Positions 23,246 to 35,374 of a stretch of DNA of 64,000 nt are shown here, piece by piece. The notes below the pieces were generated by a model, which had not been told where the DNA came from, did no database searches, and saw only the letters and a program-made list of their open reading frames with translations. Both the position numbers and the translations under genes were made by a program. Position 1 is the first letter of the stretch. Each line of letters opens with the position of its first letter. The DNA lies in assembly GCA_963796285.1 (NCBI GenBank), contig CAWCKW010000012.1, forward strand, positions 256,001 through 320,000, in the 5' to 3' direction. The stretch is from Nitrospirota bacterium. GTDB taxonomy: Bacteria > Nitrospirota > UBA9217.

Positions 23246-23980
23246 ATGAATAATGCGACTAAAAAGACAGCGCTGGTAGTCGGTGGAAGCCGCGGGATAG
23301 GACGCGCCATTTCGCTCAAGCTGGCGAAGTCCGGTTTCAGCATCTGGCTGACGTATAAGGGCAACCACGAGGCTGCGCAAAAAGTAAAGGCCGAGATAGT
23401 CGCATCGGGAGGCTCCTGCGAGCTTATCCCGTTCGATGTCTCGAGTTTTGAAGAGACCGAAGCCGCTTTAAGCGCGCGCCTGGAAAACCTCTCACCCGAT
23501 GTGCTCGTGTACAACTCAGGTATCTCCCGGGACAACCTCCTGATGTGGATGACCAAGGACGAGTGGGGCTCGGTCCTCGCCACGAACCTGAACGGTTTCT
23601 TCAATGTGGCACGCGCGGTGGTCTTCTCGATGCTCAAGGCGAAGCGCGGGCGCATCGTTGTCATTTCGTCCGCGTCCGGGCAGATCGGGCAGGCCGGCCA
23701 GGTAAACTATTCCGCTTCGAAGGCGGGCTTGATCGGCGCGGCCAAGGCCCTCGCGCGCGAGGTGGGGAGGAAGAACATCTTCGTAAATGTGGTGGCGCCC
23801 GGCTTTATTGATACCGAGATGACCGAGAAGATCCCGAAGGAACAGGTCCTGCCCCTGATCCCGTTAAATCGCGTGGGCACGGTCGACGATGTGGCTTCGG
23901 TCGTGAATTTTCTGTGCACGGAACAGCATATGTATATTCATGGTCAGGTGATCGGCATCAATGGCGGACTGGCGATGTAG
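23246..23980 (+). CDS. fabG: 3-oxoacyl-ACP reductase (SDR)
   Basis: GGSRGIG, YSASKAG, VAPGFIDTEMT, INGGL. Confidence 0.9.
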   Translation: MNNATKKTALVVGGSRGIGRAISLKLAKSGFSIWLTYKGNHEAAQKVKAEIVASGGSCELIPFDVSSFEETEAALSARLENLSPDVLVYNSGISRDNLLMWMTKDEWGSVLATNLNGFFNVARAVVFSMLKAKRGRIVVISSASGQIGQAGQVNYSASKAGLIGAAKALAREVGRKNIFVNVVAPGFIDTEMTEKIPKEQVLPLIPLNRVGTVDDVASVVNFLCTEQHMYIHGQVIGINGGLAM

Positions 23981-24041
23981 TGCTGTTCCATGGATCTTTT
24001 AATTGATAGCGCGTGCTATTTCCCGGAAATAATCGACGACA

Positions 24042-25546
24042 ATGAAAAAATATGACGATATTGTAGTTGGGAGCGGCATCAGCGGTCTGACCATGACGCT
24101 TCTGCTCGCAATGAGCGGCCATCGCGTGCTGCTGCTTGAAAAAGCCCCCCATATCGGGGGCTCCCTTGCGCGGTTCTCTAAAAAAGGGGTCGCGTTCGAC
24201 ACCGGGTTCCATTTCACGGGCGGGCTTCATGAGGGCGGCATACTCTCCAACATCCTGTCGTTCCTCGGCATACGAGAATCCATTGAGCCGATCTTTCTTT
24301 CCGAGTCGTTCAGAAATCAGTTCTTTTTTGAATCAGCAGGCAAGCGATTCGAGCTCGCCAGTGGAATTGAAAACGGCAAGAAGCATCTCACCGGGTATTT
24401 TCCGGGAGAAGCGGGCGCCATCAGCAGGTATTTTGAAAAGGTGTCGTCGGTCTGCAGCCGGACCCCGTCGCTCAATATCTTTCAGAATGAAATCGCGCAC
24501 CCGAACCTGGACGAGGATTTCATTTCTCTCGATGCCGTCCTGAACGATCTGACCGCAAATGCGGTCTTACGGGGGCTGTTGTCCGGCTATGCAATGTGCT
24601 ATGGTGTGAGACCAACTGAAATCTCCTTTGCGAACCACAGCAGGATGGTCCTGAACTTCCATGAATCCATCTCCCGCGTGAAAGACGGCGGCGATGCCTT
24701 TATTAGGGCGTTTCAGGAAAAATTCAAAGAATACGACGTGGATGTCCGCTGCGGGACCACGATCGAGGAACTGGCGGATATCCAGGGCAGCAAGGTCGGC
24801 CGCTTTGTCCTGAATACCGGTGACGAGGTTTCTGCTGATTCCTGCGTGTTCACGATACATCCGAAAGAGATATTGAACCTGCTGCCTAAGGATCATTTCA
24901 GCAAGGCGTTTGCGGGCCGCATTACCTCATTCGAATCATCAGCCGGCTTTTTTTCGGTCTTTGCAACGCTCAAGCCGGGGAGCAGGGACCCAAATCCGGA
25001 GGCATCTATCATATCGCTCTTCCCGGATGCGGACGTCAACAAACTTTTAGACCCGGCATACAAAGGAATGCCTGCGCTTGGTCATCATGAAATTGCCGGA
25101 CTCGACCCAGGGCAAGGGAGATCAGGGCATATGCATCCTTGAACCCTCATTCTTCGAGCAAGTCTCTGCCTGGAAGGATTCCCGCAGGGGAAAGAGGCCC
25201 CAGTCGTATCTCGAATATAAGCAGGCGCGCGTTGAAGCGATCAAAGAACACATTTTCAGGGTGATTCCGGGATACCGGGAAAGTCTCGATATCATTGATG
25301 CCGGATCCATGCTGACCTTCAAGGAATATCTGAACAGTCCGGATGGGAGCGCCTACGGCGTGAAACAAAAGATGGGTCAGTTTAATCTCATCGGGAAGAC
25401 TTCCGCTCCATAATCTGTATGCGGCCGGCCAGAGTTCCGTGCTGCCGGGGATTATCGGCGCGATGATGTCTTCCTTGATCGTCGGCCGGGCTGTCGTGGG
25501 AAAGGAGCAGTACGGCAAACTGCTGAGCCAGGCGTCATGTCATTGA
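24042..25546 (+). CDS. Phytoene-desaturase-family FAD oxidoreductase (frameshifted)
   Basis: VVGSGISGL..LLEK..GG, FDTGFHFTGG, GSAYG, NLYAAGQS..PGIIGAMMS in shifted frames. Confidence 0.85.
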
Positions 25547-26763
25547 AGCGGGTCGTGATAACCGGGCTTGGCGTGGTTTCTCCCTTCGGGAATGGAATGC
25601 CGGCCCTCATGAAGGGGATCGAGGAAGGCCGGAGCGCGGTGCGGCGCATGGAAGGCTGGGAGCAGTATATCGGCCTGCGCAGTCTTGTTGGGGCGCCGGT
25701 CGAGATGCGGGATGAGAAGCGCATTCCGCGGCAGAAGCGTCGTTCCATGGGTCGTATGAGCATCTTCGCGGCACAGGCCGCTGACGAGGCCCTCGCCGAT
25801 GCGGGCATCTCCCTTGCCGGCGAAGACCTGTGGCGGGTCGGCTGCGTCATCGGCTCGACCATGGGGAGCGCTAAGAGCATCAACGATGCCTTTGAGACCA
25901 TGCTGCCGAACAAGGACCTGAGCCGGCTGAACTCTACCATGTTCTTCCAGTGCATGTCCCACACTGCGGCTGTGAACGTGGCCCAATATCTGGGACTGAA
26001 CGGTACGATCATGGCGCCGGCCGCTGCCTGTGCGTCAGCCCTTCACGCCATCGGCATGGGGTACGATCTGATCAGACTCGGGAGGCAGAATGTCCTCCTG
26101 TGCGGCGGGGCTGAGGAACTGCACCCCACGGTGACCGGATCCTTTGATATTCTTTTCGCCACCTCGACGAAATACAACGATAGGCCGCAGAAGACTCCGC
26201 GGCCCTTTGACAAGGACCGGGACGGACTGGTCTGCGGCGAGGGGAGCGGTCTGGTGGTCCTCGAGGACTACGAACGGGCGATCAAGCGGAACGCAAAGAT
26301 CTACGCCGAGATCAAGGGCTTCAGCACCACGGCGAATGGGCAACACGTGAGCCAGTCGAACAAGGAGTCCATGGTGGTCTGTATGCGGCAGGCGCTCCTC
26401 GATGCCGGGACGAAGTCCGGAGAGATCGATTATATCAATGCCCACGCCACAGCGACCATCCAGGGGGACCAGGAGGAGGCAGAGGCCATCGGGGAGGTCT
26501 TCGGTCCCACGGTGCCCGTCAGCAGCCTGAAGGGGTATATCGGCCATACACTCGGCGCTTCGGGCGCCATCGAGCTGGCTGCATCGCTCTTGATGATGGA
26601 ACAGGGCGTGATTTACCCGACGCTGAACCTGGACACGGTCAGTCCGGAGTGTGAAGGGATTCATCACGTAATTCAGCCGCTAAAAAAACAGATCAAGACT
26701 GTGCTGAAGAATGGGTTTGCCTTCGGCGGCATCAACGCGGCGCTGGTGTGCAGGAAAATATAG
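25537..26763 (+). CDS. Beta-ketoacyl-ACP synthase KS1 (FabF/ApeR-like)
   Basis: Cys-His-His triad: AAACAS, NAHATAT, GHTLGASG; FAFGGIN. Confidence 0.92.
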   Translation: MSLKRVVITGLGVVSPFGNGMPALMKGIEEGRSAVRRMEGWEQYIGLRSLVGAPVEMRDEKRIPRQKRRSMGRMSIFAAQAADEALADAGISLAGEDLWRVGCVIGSTMGSAKSINDAFETMLPNKDLSRLNSTMFFQCMSHTAAVNVAQYLGLNGTIMAPAAACASALHAIGMGYDLIRLGRQNVLLCGGAEELHPTVTGSFDILFATSTKYNDRPQKTPRPFDKDRDGLVCGEGSGLVVLEDYERAIKRNAKIYAEIKGFSTTANGQHVSQSNKESMVVCMRQALLDAGTKSGEIDYINAHATATIQGDQEEAEAIGEVFGPTVPVSSLKGYIGHTLGASGAIELAASLLMMEQGVIYPTLNLDTVSPECEGIHHVIQPLKKQIKTVLKNGFAFGGINAALVCRKI

Positions 26764-26798
26764 GGACCAAAAGCGGAATTCATACAGGAAAAAACCTC

Positions 26799-26883
26799 AT
26801 CCACAGATTTCGCAGATTGCGCAGATTGTAAAACTAATAAATCAGGTTCGGTTTAATCTGTGAAATCTGCGTAATCTGCGGAT
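26799..26883. repeat. Intergenic inverted array of 9-bp repeats
   Basis: cacagattt cgcagattg cgcagatt faced by aatctgtga aatctgcgt aatctgcgga. Confidence 0.8.
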
Positions 26884-26932
26884 TATATCTGTTTGAGTAG
26901 TTACTATTTTTTGAAATTCCACCGGAGGACTC

Positions 26933-27199
26933 ATGATCGATCAGGAGATTATCAACAAGATCAATAAGGTGTTCGAGGAATCCTTTGAGATCGAGAAGGA
27001 GCGTCTTGTTCCGGAGGCGCATATCTTTACGGACCTTGGGCTGGACAGCCTGGATATCGTTGACCTGGTGGTCGCGCTCCAAAACTCTTTTGGTGTCAAG
27101 ATCAGGAACGAGGAAAAGGTCAGGGACATCCGCACCCTGCAGGACATCTATCAGTTCATTTCCTCGCTGAAACATGAGGAAAACAAGACGGTCTCGTGA
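26933..27199 (+). CDS. Acyl carrier protein ACP1
   Basis: DLGLDSLDIVDL; SD GGAGG. Confidence 0.92.
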   Translation: MIDQEIINKINKVFEESFEIEKERLVPEAHIFTDLGLDSLDIVDLVVALQNSFGVKIRNEEKVRDIRTLQDIYQFISSLKHEENKTVS

Positions 27200-27954
27200 A
27201 CATGCCGGATCGACTGAAACTGTATCTCCTGAACGTGTATTTTTACACGTTCTTCATACTGTTGTCCTCGATCGTAATCCCCGCACTGACGCTCGTCGTT
27301 GCGATATCGCGGCTCTTCACGTCGCACCGCAGGACCATGCAGCGCTTTCGCCGCGCTATCAGTTGGTACGGCAAGATCATTACGGCCATACCGTATCCGT
27401 TCATCCGGCTGCGGTATGAGGACCACGCGAAGGACGGACCCGGCGGTCCGTACATCTTCGTGAGCAACCACCGTGCGGCATCTGACGCGTTCCTCATGTG
27501 CGTTCTGCCGCAGGTGTGCGTGCAGATAGTAAATGTCTGGCCCTTCAGGATTCCCGTACTCGGGCTCTATGCCAAGTTTTCCGGATACCTGAACATCAGA
27601 ATGATGTCGCACGAACAGTTTTTGGAAAAAGCGACGAAGTTGCTGTCCGACGGGGTGTCGATCATTTTTTTTCCCGAGGGCACGAGATCGGCGAGCAGGA
27701 CGATGGGAAGCTTTCACAGCGCGGCATTTCGTCTGGCACTCGAGACGAAGACGCCCGTGGTCCCGCTCTGCATCACCGGGAACGAGAACATTCCTCTGAA
27801 AGGATCCCTGCTGCTGCGTCCAGGAACCATCCGGGTAAGGCGGCTGCCTGCCATCACCTGGGACGAGTATAAGGACCTGAATGCATTCGCCTTCAAGAAC
27901 AGGGTGTGGCATATTATCGATAGGGAACTGTCCATCATGGAGAGCGGCGCATGA
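27196..27954 (+). CDS. Lysophospholipid acyltransferase (PlsC family)
   Basis: NHRAASD, FPEGTRS. Confidence 0.9.
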   Translation: MNMPDRLKLYLLNVYFYTFFILLSSIVIPALTLVVAISRLFTSHRRTMQRFRRAISWYGKIITAIPYPFIRLRYEDHAKDGPGGPYIFVSNHRAASDAFLMCVLPQVCVQIVNVWPFRIPVLGLYAKFSGYLNIRMMSHEQFLEKATKLLSDGVSIIFFPEGTRSASRTMGSFHSAAFRLALETKTPVVPLCITGNENIPLKGSLLLRPGTIRVRRLPAITWDEYKDLNAFAFKNRVWHIIDRELSIMESGA

Positions 27955-29263
27955 ACGTGATGGAATTCCATCGGAACAGAATGCTGGAGTTCTCCAAACC
28001 GGAGGAGATCAGGAACGTACAGGAAGGGTTACTGAAAAAGCATATCCAATATTGCTCAGCCCATTCGCCCTTTTACCGGAAGCTGTTCCGCGAGCAGAGG
28101 ATAGACAGCGGAGCAGTGAACCTCGACACCCTGCGCGAGTTCCCACTCACGGACAAAGCCGCACTCAGCCAAGCAAATGACGATTTTCTTGCTGCGCCGA
28201 TGTCGCAGATAGTGGACATCGTTCTGTCATCAGGGACCACCGGCAAATCGACGACGATGATGTATACCGAGAACGATCTCAGGCGGCTGGCTTACAACGA
28301 GGAAATCTCCTTCACGAGCTGCGGACTGACACGAGACGATATCGTACTGTTGACCTGCACCATGGACCGCTGTTTCATCGCCGGTCTGGCGTACTTTTCC
28401 GGGATCCGGAGCCTGGGCGCAGCGGCGATCAGGAACGGCTTGAGCAGCGTCGATAGCCATCTCGAGATCATCCAGCGGCTGAAGCCAACGGCCATCGTGG
28501 GCGTACCGACGTTCCTGCTCAAACTGGGACACTATCATGAAATCCCAGGACATCGATCCGCGCGGGTCCGGCATAAGCAAACTGATCTGCATCGGAGAAC
28601 CAATCAGGGAACGCAGCCTCGCGTTCCTGCGGGTAGCGGAAAGCCTGGAAGAGGTTTGGGGGGCGAAGATCTATTCGACCTACGCGTCCTCGGAAACCAT
28701 CACATCGTTCTGCGAGTGCATTGCCCAGCAAGGCGGACACCTTCATCCTGACCTTGCAGTGGTGGAGATCGTGAATGACCAGGGTGAGGTGCTCCCACCC
28801 GGCGAACCGGGTGAGGTGGTGATAACGCCCCTGGCGATCGAAGGTATGCCGCTTGCTCCGGTTTAAGACCGGTGACATCAGTTTTGTCATTGATGAACCC
28901 TGTGCCTGCGGGCGGCATTCGCCGCGCCTGGGTCCCATCCTCGGGAGAAAGAAGCAGATGATCAAGTTTCGCGGGACGACGCTGTATCCCAATTCGCTCT
29001 ACACGGTCCTCGATTCGTTCCACGGGATCAGCGAATACTACGTGACCGCAACAAGCGATTACGACCTCTCCGATGTGATCAAGGTCACTGTTGCCGTGAA
29101 AGATACCTCCTGCTCCGCCGACATGATCATGGATAAGCTCCAGGCACACCTGCGGGTGAGACCCGAAGTGGTCATCGTGAGCGAAGAAAGCGTGAAGCGT
29201 GAGGTGTACCCCGGGAATTCCCGGAAACCAATTCGATTTGTGGATAAGAGAAAAAACATATGA
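27951..29263 (+). CDS. Phenylacetate-CoA-ligase-like adenylating enzyme (frameshifted)
   Basis: SSGTTGKS, YASSE, PL(L)RFKTGD, GRKKQMIKFRG. Confidence 0.85.
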
Positions 29264-30748
29264 AAACCTGTCAAAGTAGCATCTATGGCGCAGAATTCTC
29301 CCGGGAGGAAATCGCCGCTGCCGTCCGGGACAACAAGCTGCTCTCGATGGAAATCGAGTTCAACAAGAGCTGTAATTTCCGGTGCCTCTACTGCTATGCG
29401 TCGGATCATACTGTTCATCGGAACGAACTGAGCAAACATGAGTTTCTTGATCTCATCAAGCAGGCCAGGGAACTGGGCGCGAGGAAAATCATCGTCCTTG
29501 GCGGTGAGCCCATGCTCTATCCTCCTATCATCGAGATGATCCAATACATCAGGGGTCTCGATATGGACGTCGAGCTTTTCACGAACGGGACGAACATCAC
29601 ACGAGAGATGGCTCAGACGCTGTATGACCTCGGCGTCCGCGTGGTCCTCAAGATGAACACGTTCGAGGAAAAGATCCAGGACATGCTTTCGGGAAGGAAA
29701 GGCGCGTATGCCCAGATCCATGAAGCGTTCAACAACCTGAAACTGGCCGGCTATCCATCGGCGGACCGTTTCATGGGGATCAGCACGGTCATTTGTCAGC
29801 AGAACATCGATGAGCTCCCGAAGATGTGGGAGTGGCTGCGGGACCAGAACATCGCTCCCTATTTCGAGATGATCACCCCGCAGGGCGGCGCTAAGGAACA
29901 CAATATGCTTGAAGTCGATTCCCGGCAGGTCGAGGAGCTGTTTCACCGGATCTCCCGGATCGACCGGAAAAAATACGGACACACCTGGGACCCCAAGCCT
30001 CCGCTCGTCGGTGGAGAGTGTCTTCGTCACCAGTTTTCCTGCGCAGTCAACTCCGAAGGCTTTGTGCAGCCGTGCGTCGGCGTTACGATCCCGATCGGCA
30101 ATGTGCGCAAGCAGCGGCTCAAGGACATTCTGCAGGAGAGTGAGGTGGTCCAGGACCTCAAGAACTATACCGAGACCATCAAGGGACCGTGCAGCGAATG
30201 CGAACGGCTGAACGAATGTTACGGCTGCCGGGGAGCGGCATACCAGATGACCGGCGACTACCTTGCTTCCGACCCCCTGTGCTGGAAGAACCTGGATAAA
30301 CGGGATGATATCATGTTCCTGCCGGTGGATGCCAGCCAGCTCGTTCCGCACAAACAGCCCATGCTTCTCATCGACCGGCTCCTCGAGATCCAGGAGCGGG
30401 CGTCGCTGTCCGAGATGATCGTGCGTGCCGGACATGGTCTTCGTGGGGAAAGACGGGAAGCTCGATGACGCCTCATATCCTGAGATCATATCCCAGGCCA
30501 TCGCCGCACAGGAGGGGTTTCGAAAGATCGGGAGCCGCAATCCTCAGCAGGAAGGCTTCCTGCTCGGCATCAAGAACCTTGAGATCATCGGCAGCGCACG
30601 CGTCGGCGACACCCTGCGCATATCAGTGTTCAAGGTCGCGAAGTACGGCGACTTCGGCATTATCCAGGGAGAGGTCAGGAATGGCGATGCCCTGATCGCC
30701 AGCGGAGAAGTAAAGGTCTGGCAGGGCGACGGCAAGGCAGCGGCATGA
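29260..30748 (+). CDS. Radical SAM/SPASM protein fused to a C-terminal hotdog dehydratase (ApeP/FabZ-like); frameshift near 30427
   Basis: CNFRCLYC, GGEPML, SPASM CSECERLNECYGCRG..DPLC, then in the same frame LVPHKQPMLLIDRLL; EIISQAIAA..GFLLGIK continues in the next frame. Confidence 0.85.
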
Positions 30749-31441
30749 TGATGAACGGGAATAACTGAGAATGAGCGTTGTCCTTCGCTGGTCCTGTGCA
30801 TCCTGTGCGCACGCCGGACACGGTTTTTGCGGACGACGCTGAACAAAGGAGGACGCTGCCGGAACAAGCCGACCTGTCCGCGTTGCTGAACCGCATCGGG
30901 AAAAAGGTCTCGGACTTCAAGACCCTCAAAACGGATTTCACCCAGGAAAAAGAGATGGCCATGTTCAAGGAGAAGCTCGTGCTCAAGGGCAGGATCTATC
31001 TCCAGAAGCCGAACAAGGTCGCCTGGCATGTCGATAAGCCCCTCCGGTATTCCGTCCTGATCACCGATAAATTTATCCGTCAGTGGGACGAGGACACGAA
31101 CCAGGTCCAGGAAATATCGTTGACAAAGAACCCGATGTTTCAGAACGTGATCAGGCAGCTGACCGTATGGTTCTCCGGCGAGTACGGCTCGCTCCTCGAG
31201 ACCAATGACGTGCGGCTGGTGAAACGCAGCCCCCTGGTGCTTGAGTTCTCGCCCCGCGCCAATAATGACGCCAGGAAGGTCCTGAAGAACATTACGATCA
31301 CGTTCCGCGAAGATGAAACCTATTTACAGCAGATTCGCATGCAGGAACTGAGCGGAGATGTCACGACGATCACGTTCCTGAACACGATCCTGAATGCCCC
31401 TCTCGACAGCGACAAGCTTTGAGGTAAAAGGGCATGTTTGA
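30748..31441 (+). CDS. LolA-family outer-membrane lipoprotein carrier-like protein (ends frameshifted, coordinates approximate)
   Basis: TLKTDFTQEK, GRIYLQKPNKVAWHVDKP, GDVTTITF. Confidence 0.8.
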
Positions 31442-33833
31442 TCAGGTATTTCTCCCTGCTGTACCAGTTTGTATTCCGGCATAAAAAATGGGTCCTCGCT
31501 TGCGTCCTTGCTGATAACCGTTGCTGCCGGTGCAGGGTTGTTCCTTGTCCGCTACGAAGGCAATATCGACATCATGCTTCCGCCGGACAAGGAGGTCATG
31601 CCGGAGCATGAACTTCCTGCGGGATTCGAGCCTGTCGGACAAGATCATCGTCTCCCTGCAGCTGACCGATCCCGCAAAAAACAAGAAAGACCTCTTCCTT
31701 GCTGTTGACCAGCTCGCAGCAACGCTCACAGCCGCCTTACTTTACCAAGGTCATTTCCGGCTTCTCGGTCGTGGATGTCATGGAGGAGTTCTCGCATCCT
31801 CCGCTATGCCCCCCAGATCCTGGGAGAGCAGGACCTTGCCTGCCATCGACGGCCAGATCAACAAAACGACGGTAGACCAGAAGATGCGGGCGATCTACCG
31901 GCAGTCGCTCAGGCCCGAAAGCATCTTCATGACATCGTTGTCACGCACGGATCCGCTCGGGATCAAAGTGCTCCTGCTGGATAAGCTGCGGGCGCTCCCC
32001 GCATCCATGGGGTATGATGTCGCGATCGAGGACGGGCCACTTCATCAGCCGCGACGGGCGTCATGCCATGCTGATCATCCAGACCACGGTCCCGATGATG
32101 GACAGCCAGGGGAGCAAGGAACTCATCGCCGCCCTGCAGGAGCGGCTCAAACAGCTGCCGGCGTTCATTTCCGCGGACGTTATCTGCGGCCACCTCCATA
32201 CGGTCAGCAACGAGCGCGTGATCAAACGCGATATCATGGTTGCATCGGCAGTGGCATCCATCGCCTTTCTCATTCTTTTCACGGTCGTTTTCCGCGATCT
32301 TCGGGCGCTCTTTGTCTTCATCATACCCCTGATCGCGGTCGTCTGGGCGATCATCATAACCACCGCGGTGGAAGGCAGACTATCGTATCTCGTCATCGGA
32401 TTCGGGTCCGCGATCGCGGGCATTTCGATCGACTACGGTCTCCTTGTGTATATTGCGATGAAGCGGGGCGCTGATGCTTCGCAGACCGCGAAGCTCGCAC
32501 GACTGGTCATCATTGACGCAGTCACGACCATGTTCAGTTTTTTGGTTCTTTATTTTTCCATGATCCGCGGGTACCACCAGCTCGCGTTGTTCTCGGCGCT
32601 CGTTGTGTTCATCTGCCTTGTTTTCTCTCTCTTTGTATTGCCGCTCATGCTGTCATGGAAGCACTACACCCTGGTCTCTGACCCGACCATCGGCGACCGG
32701 TTGCGGAAGGTAAACTGGCCCGCTCCGTTGGCCGTCGGCGTCTGGGTGGTCCTGACGATCGCGGCGCTGGTCCTTTCCTTTTCCGTGAAGTTCGACAGCG
32801 ATGTGAAAAAACTGGACGGCAGCGCTCCCGAAGTGCTCCAGGCGGAACAACGGTTCCACGAAGTATGGGGCGGCAAGACAAACCAGGCGATCTTTGTCGT
32901 GACCGGATCGAGCTATGAGGATGCCATGGAGCGGAACGACCTCATCTTCCGCGAAGCGGCAAAAGCCATCGGGCCGCAGAACATTTCGAGCATCGCCCTG
33001 TTCTGGTCCTCGGAAAAAATGCGAGAAGAAAATATCGACCGCTGGGACCGGTTCTGGCAGGAGGGGCGTGAGGCGAAGCTTAAGAGGTTGATCCGTGTGA
33101 CATCGTCTTCGTATGGTTTTTCGGACAAGGCTTTTTCCCCGTTCTTTGACGGGCTGTACACTCACCAGATCGAAACAACGAATCCGGAAGGCCTCATTGC
33201 AAGACTTCAGGAACGCTTTGTTGTGCAAAAGGACGGGGAATACCGGATCATGTCCTTCTTTCCCGACGATCAGCAATACGTCGATTCGCTCACACGCGAT
33301 ATCCAATAAGCATCCCGGGAACGTTCATCGTATCGGGCAGGGTGCTGTCCGCATCCATATCGGCATTTACGTCAAAGGAAATAAAGATCCTGGCCCCGCT
33401 GGCGATCCTGTTCAACGTGGTCCTCGCATGGATGTTCTTCCGGAACTGGAAAGAGACCTTTATCGCCCTGGTGCCGGTCATCACCGGCGTTATCTGGCTC
33501 GTGGGCATCATGTCGCTCTTCAAGATGCCGCTCAATGTCGTCAATATCGTTGCCGCTATCGTCACGACCGGCGTTATCGTGGACTATGGCCTCGGGATCA
33601 CCTATGAATACCGGTACAACCTGCGCATCGGGACGGTCATTGCCGTGACCTTGTCCGCAGGTGCGAACGTGATCGGCTCCGGGGCCCTGCTGTTCGCCAA
33701 ACATCCGGCGCTCTATTCCACCGGCGTTGCAATGGTCATCTGCATGGTCTCGGGATACCTGTCTTCGGTGATCGTGATACCGTCCCTGTGCAGCATCCTG
33801 GGGACGTCGAAACAGGAAGGGCTACAACCATGA
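31434..33833 (+). CDS. MMPL/RND-family lipid exporter (frameshifted)
   Basis: Two TM bundles with GISIDY and GVIVDYG motifs and large periplasmic loops. Confidence 0.85.
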
Positions 33834-34509
33834 AACGATTCGTCATTTTGATGTCATACTTCAGGTGCTGGTTGCCGGATGTGTTCGGGTCCCGTTTCAG
33901 AAAACGAAGTCTGGTACCGCTTGATTCCGAAGACCCTCGGAGCATGGTAGAGCGTTTTCATTACGGACATCCCGCACAGTTTTCAATTGCTAAGCACCGT
34001 TGTTTTTGAGTATAATTGACGCAAATTTACCGGCATCGGTACCGTGCAGATAAACAGGTCGGACGGCGTTTTCAAGGTCGCCGGTATGAATCCCATGGGC
34101 GTTAAACTGTTCGAGCTCTCCGGCGATCAGCAGCAGCGTGACAAGCCATTATTCAATCGCGGATTTCTCCCGGTACGGCGATATCGCAACCGCGGTGGGC
34201 AACGACATCAGACGCATCTATTTTGATCTGGTCCCTGGTCCCGAAGCGAGTATCTGGAAAAGAAAATATAAACTGATATTTCGACAACCTGCCGGCACCG
34301 GCTTTCTGGAGTATGTCTTCGCCGGGACGCGTGGAGACCTGATCGAGAAGAACTATTATGAAGAGGGCGGGATCGTCTGGAGGGCATCGTATTACGAATA
34401 CCGGGAACAGGACGGAAAGCGCTGGCCGCAGGGGATCGTCTTCATTCATTACCAGCACGGGTACCGGTTGATAGTTAGGCAGAAGGAGTTGCGTTTTGAG
34501 CACGATTAA
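33830..34509 (+). CDS. DUF3261/ApeN-like lipoprotein (frameshifts and an in-frame TGA)
   Basis: Probable lipobox VAGC, AGMNPMGVKLFELSGD, DIRRIYFDLVP. Confidence 0.65.
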
Positions 34510-34886
34510 AGAAGAGATCGAACGCTACATGACCGGCCTGGACAAAGGAAGGCACGAGGTTGACTTCTCGCTTCGCATTCCCGCCCGGGTTCATTGGTTT
34601 TCAGGGGCACTTCCCGGAGAAGAAGATACTGCCGGGCGTGTGCCAGATCCAATGCGCGCTCTCCCTGCTCGAAAAGGGGAGTGGAAAGGCCGTGGTCCTG
34701 AAAGAGATCGTGCTCGCCAAGTATTATTCACCCGTGTTCCCTGACGATGAAGTGACCTGTGTGGTAAACGATATGGGGGACACGAGCGGAGAGATCGTCG
34801 TGAAAGCGGCCATCTCAAGGAAGACCGACAAGATCTCGGAAATGAAACTGCGCGTCTCCTATGACAACGGGGAGAACAAGAGATAG
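34496..34886 (+). CDS. Hotdog 3-hydroxyacyl-ACP dehydratase (ApeI/FabZ-like; frameshifted)
   Basis: FIGFQGHFPEKKILPGVCQI. Confidence 0.85.
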
Positions 34887-34887
34887 C

Positions 34888-35374
34888 ATGAGGTCAAGGA
34901 ACAAGACAACCTATTTTGAGCGCGTCCCGGGAGTACCCGAGCCGATTGTCGTTGAAGTCAAGCGGCGGGTCCGGTTCAATGAGGCCGATCCCATGGCGAT
35001 CGCGTGGCATGGGCGGTATCCTCTTTATTTCGAGGAGGCGTCCGAGGAGCTTGGCAGAAAGTGCGGTCTGTCGTATGCGGACTATTTCGAAGCCGAGCTT
35101 GCGCGCGCCAGTTGTCGAATTCCACATCGATTACTATAAACCGCTGTTCCTCGATGAGGAATTTACGATCAAGGCATCGCTGATCTGGCACGAAGGGTCG
35201 CGGCTGAATATCGAGTATCTCCTGATCAAACAGGACAAGAGCATTGCGTCGAGCGCTTACATGGTACATCTGTTCACCGACCATCAGACCGGAGAGCCCA
35301 TTATGGTTTCACCGGAATTACTTGAACGCTGCCGAAGGAGATGGAAGGCAGGGGAGTTCCATCGCACACCATGA
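34888..35374 (+). CDS. Acyl-CoA/ACP thioesterase (4HBT/ApeK-like; frameshifted)
   Basis: RVRFNEADPMAIAWHGRYPLYFE, IDYYKPL. Confidence 0.85.

Noticed and set aside
34017-34019. In-frame TGA in the DUF3261-like lipoprotein (FEYN*RKFTGIG) as Sec or recoding
   Set aside because: No redox motif or evident SECIS; the gene has other errors; a TGG miscall is simpler; TGA is a normal stop elsewhere in the window
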